Source of the DNA: Escherichia coli
GTDB taxonomy: Bacteria > Pseudomonadota > Gammaproteobacteria > Enterobacterales > Enterobacteriaceae
Assembly (NCBI RefSeq): GCF_022846255.1
Contig: NZ_AP025682.1
Length of the DNA: 64,000 bases
Strand: one strand, 5' to 3'
Shown: positions 58,340 to 64,000 of the stretch, piece after piece
How the letters are laid out: each line of letters begins with the position of its first letter
How positions within the stretch are numbered: the first letter of the stretch is position 1
Translations under genes and position numbers: made by a program
Notes under the pieces: generated by a model
What the model saw: the letters and a program-made list of their open reading frames with translations, nothing else
Database searches by the model: none
Told to the model about the DNA's origin: nothing

Positions 58340-58616
58340 GTTTTCTCTTCCGCACAAGGTCAGGATTATTCTAAAAATGCGCCGTTTGCAGGTGAATCGA
58401 CGCTCAGTCTCAGTATAAGGAAAAGCGCAGCGGACGGGCGAGTGGATTGCGCAACATGCGAGCATGATCCAGAGATTTCTGAAGCGGCAAAAGGATGTTC
58501 CATGTACATGACGCGCGGCTTGCGGTAAATTGTTGGCAAATTTTCCGGCGTAGCCCAAAACGCGCTGTCGTCAAGTCGTTAAGGGCGTGCCCTTCATCAT
58601 CCGATCTGGAGTCAAA

Positions 58617-60608
58617 ATGTCCTCACGTAAAGAGCTTGCCAATGCTATTCGTGCGCTGAGCATGGACGCAGTACAGAAAGCCAAATCCGGTCACCCGGGC
58701 GCCCCGATGGGTATGGCTGACATTGCCGAAGTCCTGTGGCGTGATTTCCTGAAACACAACCCGCAGAATCCGTCCTGGGCTGACCGTGACCGCTTCGTGC
58801 TGTCCAACGGCCACGGCTCCATGCTGATCTACAGCCTGCTGCACCTCACCGGTTACGATCTGCCGATGGAAGAACTGAAAAACTTCCGTCAGCTGCACTC
58901 TAAAACTCCGGGTCACCCGGAAGTGGGTTACACCGCAGGTGTAGAAACCACCACCGGTCCGCTGGGTCAGGGTATTGCCAACGCAGTCGGTATGGCGATT
59001 GCAGAAAAAACGCTGGCGGCGCAGTTTAACCGTCCGGGCCACGACATCGTCGACCACTACACCTACGCCTTCATGGGCGACGGCTGCATGATGGAAGGCA
59101 TCTCCCACGAAGTTTGCTCTCTGGCGGGTACGCTGAAGCTGGGTAAACTGATTGCGTTCTACGATGACAACGGTATTTCTATCGATGGTCACGTTGAAGG
59201 CTGGTTTACCGACGACACCGCAATGCGTTTCGAAGCTTACGGCTGGCACGTTATTCGCGACATCGACGGTCATGACGCGGCATCCATCAAACGCGCAGTA
59301 GAAGAAGCACGCGCAGTGACTGACAAACCGTCCCTGCTGATGTGCAAAACCATCATCGGTTTCGGTTCCCCGAACAAAGCCGGTACCCACGACTCCCACG
59401 GTGCGCCGCTGGGCGACGCTGAAATTGCTCTGACCCGCGAACAGCTGGGCTGGAAATACGCGCCGTTCGAAATCCCGTCTGAAATCTATGCTCAGTGGGA
59501 TGCGAAAGAAGCAGGCCAGGCGAAAGAGTCCGCATGGAACGAGAAATTCGCTGCTTACGCGAAAGCTTATCCGCAGGAAGCCGCTGAATTTACCCGCCGT
59601 ATGAAAGGCGAAATGCCGTCTGACTTCGACGCCAAAGCGAAAGAGTTCATTGCTAAACTTCAGGCTAATCCGGCGAAAATCGCCAGCCGTAAAGCGTCTC
59701 AGAATGCTATCGAAGCGTTCGGTCCGCTGTTGCCGGAATTCCTCGGCGGCTCCGCTGACCTTGCTCCGTCTAACCTGACCCTGTGGTCTGGTTCTAAAGC
59801 AATCAACGAAGATGCTGCAGGTAACTACATCCACTACGGTGTTCGCGAGTTCGGTATGACCGCGATTGCTAACGGTATCTCCCTGCACGGTGGTTTCCTG
59901 CCGTATACCTCAACCTTCCTGATGTTCGTGGAATACGCACGTAATGCCGTACGTATGGCTGCGCTGATGAAACAGCGTCAGGTGATGGTTTACACCCACG
60001 ACTCCATCGGTCTGGGCGAAGATGGCCCGACTCACCAGCCGGTAGAACAGATCGCTTCTCTGCGCGTGACCCCGAACATGTCTACATGGCGTCCGTGTGA
60101 CCAGGTTGAATCCGCAGTAGCGTGGAAATACGGCGTTGAGCGTCAGGACGGCCCGACTGCGCTTATCCTCTCCCGTCAGAACCTGGCGCAGCAGGAACGT
60201 ACTGAAGAGCAGCTGGCAAACATCGCGCGCGGTGGTTATGTGCTGAAAGACTGTGCTGGTCAGCCGGAACTGATCTTCATCGCGACCGGTTCTGAAGTTG
60301 AACTGGCTGTTGCCGCCTACGAAAAACTGACTGCCGAAGGCGTGAAAGCGCGCGTGGTTTCCATGCCGTCTACCGACGCATTCGACAAGCAGGACGCGGC
60401 TTACCGTGAATCCGTACTGCCGAAAGCGGTTACCGCTCGTGTTGCGGTGGAAGCTGGCATTGCTGACTACTGGTACAAGTATGTTGGCCTGAACGGTGCT
60501 ATCGTCGGCATGACCACCTTCGGTGAATCTGCTCCGGCAGAGCAGCTGTTTGAAGAGTTCGGCTTCACCGTTGACAACGTTGTTGCGAAAGCAAAAGCGC
60601 TGCTGTAA
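58617..60608 (+). CDS. tktA: Transketolase 1
   Basis: 663 aa from [41 protein letters not shown]. Confidence 0.96.
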   Translation: MSSRKELANAIRALSMDAVQKAKSGHPGAPMGMADIAEVLWRDFLKHNPQNPSWADRDRFVLSNGHGSMLIYSLLHLTGYDLPMEELKNFRQLHSKTPGHPEVGYTAGVETTTGPLGQGIANAVGMAIAEKTLAAQFNRPGHDIVDHYTYAFMGDGCMMEGISHEVCSLAGTLKLGKLIAFYDDNGISIDGHVEGWFTDDTAMRFEAYGWHVIRDIDGHDAASIKRAVEEARAVTDKPSLLMCKTIIGFGSPNKAGTHDSHGAPLGDAEIALTREQLGWKYAPFEIPSEIYAQWDAKEAGQAKESAWNEKFAAYAKAYPQEAAEFTRRMKGEMPSDFDAKAKEFIAKLQANPAKIASRKASQNAIEAFGPLLPEFLGGSADLAPSNLTLWSGSKAINEDAAGNYIHYGVREFGMTAIANGISLHGGFLPYTSTFLMFVEYARNAVRMAALMKQRQVMVYTHDSIGLGEDGPTHQPVEQIASLRVTPNMSTWRPCDQVESAVAWKYGVERQDGPTALILSRQNLAQQERTEEQLANIARGGYVLKDCAGQPELIFIATGSEVELAVAAYEKLTAEGVKARVVSMPSTDAFDKQDAAYRESVLPKAVTARVAVEAGIADYWYKYVGLNGAIVGMTTFGESAPAEQLFEEFGFTVDNVVAKAKALL

Positions 60609-60630
60609 TCGGTAAGATGCTTTGTGAGAA

Positions 60631-60828
60631 GGGCCGCAAATGCGGCCCTTCAGATTGTTGGCAAAGTGCGCGTTGTTTATGCCGGATGCGGCGTGAACGC
60701 CTTATCCGTCCTACAAGATTTTGCAAATTCAACATATTGCAGGAAGTATGTAGGCCTGATAAGCGTAGCGCATCAGGCAGTTTTGTCTTTGCTATCAGTC
60801 TCAAGGGCCGCGAAAGCGGCCCTTTTTT
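60631..60828. repeat. tktA terminator hairpin plus REP/BIME cluster and a second terminator-like hairpin
   Basis: GGGCCGCAAATGCGGCCC hairpin, REP units GCCGGATGCGGCGTGAACGCCTTATCCG..., then GGGCCGCGAAAGCGGCCCTTTTTTT. Confidence 0.8.
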
Positions 60829-61736
60829 TACTTAGTAGAGATAAACGGAACTGTGCTGCCGGGGATCATGGTATCGGGCAGTTTACCGTCCCAACGCTCA
60901 GCAGTGGTGAGGGCAACAAGTCCGGGATTCTCCCGCAGAGCTTCACCGCGCAGGCGGATAGCTTCTGCTTCAGCCGCACTTTTTAAACGAATAGTTTCAG
61001 CCTCTGCCGCGCCTCTTACGCGAATAGTTTCCGCTTCTGCTTTGGCTGCCGCTAGTTTACTGTCTGCTTCCGCCTGGGCCTGAGTTACCGCTATTTGCGC
61101 CTGGATTTTCTCCGTTTCCAGATTTTGCTTACGCGTGGCAATGGCGACTTCTGCTTTCATTCGGTCTTCAATCGACTTTTCATAAGCGTCAGAAAAATCA
61201 ATATTTTCAATCTGGACCCCGTCAATTACCACTGGCCCAACAACGGCTTTGCGCATGGCATTTTGCAGATCCTGAACCAGTTTTGTACGATCTTGTACGG
61301 CGCTGATGGCGGTATATTGTCCGAAAACGTTCTCCAGTTGAGTTGGCAACTGACGGACAATCAGACGATCTTTTAATGCTTCAATGGTGTTGTAGGTGGT
61401 ATAAACCGCGCCTGCTTCTGAAGGTTTAATGTGGAAGCTGACTGATACTGTCATTTGTGCCGGTTGCTGGTCGCGGCTGTAGGCCTGTAATCCCTGATAG
61501 ACCACAGCCTGATTACGCGTGGAAATTTTCTCTACGCTTTCCATAAAAGGGATCTTAAAACCCAGCCCCGGCTCGGCAACTTTTACGATTTTTCCGTAGC
61601 GCAGCAAAATGCCGCGTTCACCTTCATTAACGGTGTAATACGAGAGAAATGGCAGCACAACCACGGCAAGCACGCCAATGGCGATAGCAAGAGATTTTTG
61701 TGGGCGAAATGAGGTTAATGAAACAGGTGCTTTCAT
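60828..61736 (-). CDS. SPFH/band-7 (stomatin/prohibitin-like) membrane protein with C-terminal Ala/Glu-rich repeat, strain-variable gene between tktA and cmtB
   Basis: 302 aa; N-terminal TM helix, SPFH-domain body, C-terminal tandem AEAETIRVRGA / AEAETIRLKSA / AEAEAIRLRGE repeats encoded by a DNA tandem repeat. Confidence 0.75.
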   Translation of the reverse strand: MKAPVSLTSFRPQKSLAIAIGVLAVVVLPFLSYYTVNEGERGILLRYGKIVKVAEPGLGFKIPFMESVEKISTRNQAVVYQGLQAYSRDQQPAQMTVSVSFHIKPSEAGAVYTTYNTIEALKDRLIVRQLPTQLENVFGQYTAISAVQDRTKLVQDLQNAMRKAVVGPVVIDGVQIENIDFSDAYEKSIEDRMKAEVAIATRKQNLETEKIQAQIAVTQAQAEADSKLAAAKAEAETIRVRGAAEAETIRLKSAAEAEAIRLRGEALRENPGLVALTTAERWDGKLPDTMIPGSTVPFISTK

Positions 61737-62113
61737 ATGAATCTTCCTTGAGTAAAGTATAGGAATATGTCACATGGGGTGATGAGAAAACAGACAACAG
61801 CCGATAATTCAGAATTTATAAAGGGGATGAGCGAAAAAATAATAAACGTAATAAGTATGTTTTCGAACATTCAATAAGAAAATAGAGATGTGTATCACAA
61901 ATATAGTGATGAATAATTTGTTGATTTTGTAGTTTACTTAACAGATTTATAATTGACTTTTTAAAAGCTTATTTCATGTTGTTGTTATTTAATATTTTGT
62001 TATTTTTGCTCGTGGAGTTTCTCCTTTCATGTGTCCAATTGCTTTCGTTAATTTGTACGCGTATTTTATTTTTACCGCCGGACGGTACCCTAAAAATAAA
62101 ATAAGGATAATTT

Positions 62114-62557
62114 ATGCGGCTTATTGATTATTTTCCAGAGTCATCAATCTCAGTTATACATTCAGCAAAAGATTGGCAGGAAGCTATCGATTTCTCGATG
62201 GTATCATTGCTGGATAAAAACTATATCAGCGAGAATTACATTCAGGCAATTAAAGGTTCCACCATCAGCAATGGTCCTTATTATATTCTCGCACCAGGCG
62301 TGGCAATGCCTCATGCGCGACCGGAATGTGGAGCGCTTAAAACCGGGATGTCTTTGACGTTACTTAAACAAGGCGTTTATTTTCCGGGGAATGACGAACC
62401 GATTAAATTACTCATCGGACTTTCTGCTGCCGATGCCGATTCGCACATTGGTGCTATTCAGGCGTTAAGTGAATTACTGTGCGAAGAAGAAATACTCGAA
62501 CAACTCTTAACCGTATCATCAGAAAAACAATTAGCGGACATTATCAGCCGCGGATAA
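62114..62557 (+). CDS. cmtB: PTS mannitol-type cryptic EIIA component
   Basis: 147 aa, MRLIDYFPESSISVIHSAKDWQEAIDFSMV...; PTS EIIA type 2 with active-site His. Confidence 0.92.
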   Translation: MRLIDYFPESSISVIHSAKDWQEAIDFSMVSLLDKNYISENYIQAIKGSTISNGPYYILAPGVAMPHARPECGALKTGMSLTLLKQGVYFPGNDEPIKLLIGLSAADADSHIGAIQALSELLCEEEILEQLLTVSSEKQLADIISRG

Positions 62558-62584
62558 TTACTCTCTCCTCTACAGGATAATATT

Positions 62585-63973
62585 ATGGAAAACAAGTCTG
62601 CTCGTGCAAAGGTCCAGGCTTTTGGGGGATTTTTGACTGCAATGGTCATCCCCAATATCGGTGCTTTTATTGCCTGGGGATTTATAACGGCATTATTTAT
62701 TCCCACCGGTTGGCTGCCGAATGAACATTTCGCCAAAATTGTTGGTCCGATGATTACCTATTTATTGCCCGTGATGATTGGTTCTACCGGTGGTCATCTG
62801 GTCGGCGGTAAACGCGGCGCGGTCATGGGCGGAATTGGTACGATTGGTGTGATCGTCGGCGCTGAAATCCCGATGTTCCTTGGCTCAATGATTATGGGGC
62901 CGCTCGGTGGTCTGGTGATTAAATATATCGACAAGTCGCTGGAAAAACGCATACCTGCTGGTTTTGAGATGGTTATCAATAACTTCTCATTAGGTATCGC
63001 GGGGATGCTCCTTTGTCTGCTGGGTTTTGAAGTTATCGGCCCGGCGGTGTTAATTGCTAATACTTTCGTCAAAGAGTGTATTGAGGCGCTGGTACATGCG
63101 GGTTATCTACCTTTGCTGTCAGTCATCAATGAACCGGCGAAAGTGCTTTTCCTTAATAATGCGATCGATCAGGGCGTCTATTATCCGCTGGGAATGCAAC
63201 AGGCTTCGGTTAACGGTAAATCCATCTTCTTCATGGTGGCCTCCAATCCAGGTCCTGGTCTGGGGCTGCTGCTGGCGTTTACCTTGTTTGGTAAAGGGAT
63301 GAGTAAACGTTCTGCGCCCGGGGCGATGATTATTCACTTCCTCGGTGGGATCCACGAACTGTATTTCCCGTATGTGCTGATGAAGCCGCTGACCATTATT
63401 GCCATGATTGCGGGCGGTATGTCTGGCACCTGGATGTTTAACTTACTGGACGGTGGTCTGGTGGCTGGCCCAAGTCCGGGGTCTATCTTTGCTTACCTGG
63501 CACTGACGCCGAAAGGCTCGTTCCTGGCGACAATTGCCGGTGTTACGGTAGGTACCCTGGTGTCCTTTGCTATCACTTCGCTGATACTGAAGATGGAAAA
63601 AACGGTGGAAACGAAGAGCGAAGATGAGTTTGCTCAGTCAGCCAATGCGGTTAAGGCGATGAAACAAGAAGGTGCATTCTCGTTAAGCCGTGTTAAGCGT
63701 ATTGCCTTTGTTTGCGATGCAGGGATGGGCTCCAGTGCGATGGGCGCAACCACCTTCCGTAAACGTCTGGAAAAAGCGGGGCTGGCAATAGAAGTAAAAC
63801 ATTACGCGATAGAAAACGTGCCTGCGGATGCCGATATCGTCGTTACTCATGCCAGTCTGGAAGGGCGCGTGAAACGTGTGACGGATAAACCGCTGATACT
63901 GATTAATAACTATATTGGCGATCCAAAACTCGACACTTTATTTAATCAATTAACCGCCGAACATAAACACTGA
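62585..63973 (+). CDS. cmtA: PTS mannitol-type cryptic EIICB component
   Basis: 462 aa, MENKSARAKVQAFGGFLTAMVIPNIGAFIAWGF...; EIIC membrane domain plus EIIB. Confidence 0.93.
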   Translation: MENKSARAKVQAFGGFLTAMVIPNIGAFIAWGFITALFIPTGWLPNEHFAKIVGPMITYLLPVMIGSTGGHLVGGKRGAVMGGIGTIGVIVGAEIPMFLGSMIMGPLGGLVIKYIDKSLEKRIPAGFEMVINNFSLGIAGMLLCLLGFEVIGPAVLIANTFVKECIEALVHAGYLPLLSVINEPAKVLFLNNAIDQGVYYPLGMQQASVNGKSIFFMVASNPGPGLGLLLAFTLFGKGMSKRSAPGAMIIHFLGGIHELYFPYVLMKPLTIIAMIAGGMSGTWMFNLLDGGLVAGPSPGSIFAYLALTPKGSFLATIAGVTVGTLVSFAITSLILKMEKTVETKSEDEFAQSANAVKAMKQEGAFSLSRVKRIAFVCDAGMGSSAMGATTFRKRLEKAGLAIEVKHYAIENVPADADIVVTHASLEGRVKRVTDKPLILINNYIGDPKLDTLFNQLTAEHKH

Positions 63974-63987
63974 TTACAGAGGTAAAA

Positions 63988-64000
63988 ATGAAAACCAAAG
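63988..64000 (+). CDS. Start of next gene (truncated by window end), likely yggP-like dehydrogenase
   Basis: RBS AGGTAAAA then ATGAAAACCAAAG at window end; only 4 codons visible. Confidence 0.3.

Noticed and set aside
57581-58558. Long 325-aa version of loiP and similar N-terminally extended ORFs for ruvX, yqgE, mutY, nupG, galP, metK, rsmE, sprT, yggR and tktA
   Set aside because: The extensions precede the conserved native start codons (signal peptide or known N-terminus) and overlap neighbouring genes or REP elements; the shorter starts were used.
58623-59888. 421-aa ORF on the minus strand
   Set aside because: Antisense to tktA; no start context; shadow ORF of a highly expressed, GC-biased gene.

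Overview
Enterobacterial (Escherichia coli-like) chromosomal window in two parts. Positions ~29.2-64.0 kb are conserved core genome, collinear (inverted) with the E. coli K-12 yqgA-speC-nupG-mltC-mutY-trmB-ansB-hemW-rdgB-yggS-ruvX-gshB-endA-galP-metK-speA-speB-loiP-tktA-cmtBA segment, with dense REP/BIME clusters and two apparent strain-specific gene insertions (a lipoprotein gene between speA and speB, an SPFH-domain gene between tktA and cmtB). Positions 1 to ~29.1 kb are an accessory genomic island integrated at tRNA-Phe (P4-type integrase next to the tRNA), whose far boundary lies outside the window. The island is a compositionally mosaic, IS-scarred metabolic island: (i) a sugar-acid module (IlvD/EDD dehydratase, GntP permease, SorC/DeoR regulator); (ii) a kinase-isomerase-aldolase-transporter operon (MtnK-like, MtnA-like, class II aldolase) matching the 5-deoxyribose / methylthioribose DHAP-shunt enzyme triad; (iii) an OmpC-family porin, an IS3 copy, a low-GC block (PepT-like M20 peptidase, MFS, NhaC-type antiporter, MalY/PatB-type C-S lyase) and an IS911-like element; (iv) a TetR-MFS pair; (v) a GntR/ACS-MFS/SDR/ManD-family dehydratase sugar-acid locus. 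There are also decayed remnants (IS605 TnpB fragment, IS629 end, porin fragment). No CRISPR array, prophage structural genes or recognisable defence/toxin system was seen; the candidates for something new are the metabolic modules and the two core-genome insertions. All calls are from reading the sequence and ORF translations; no database search was run.
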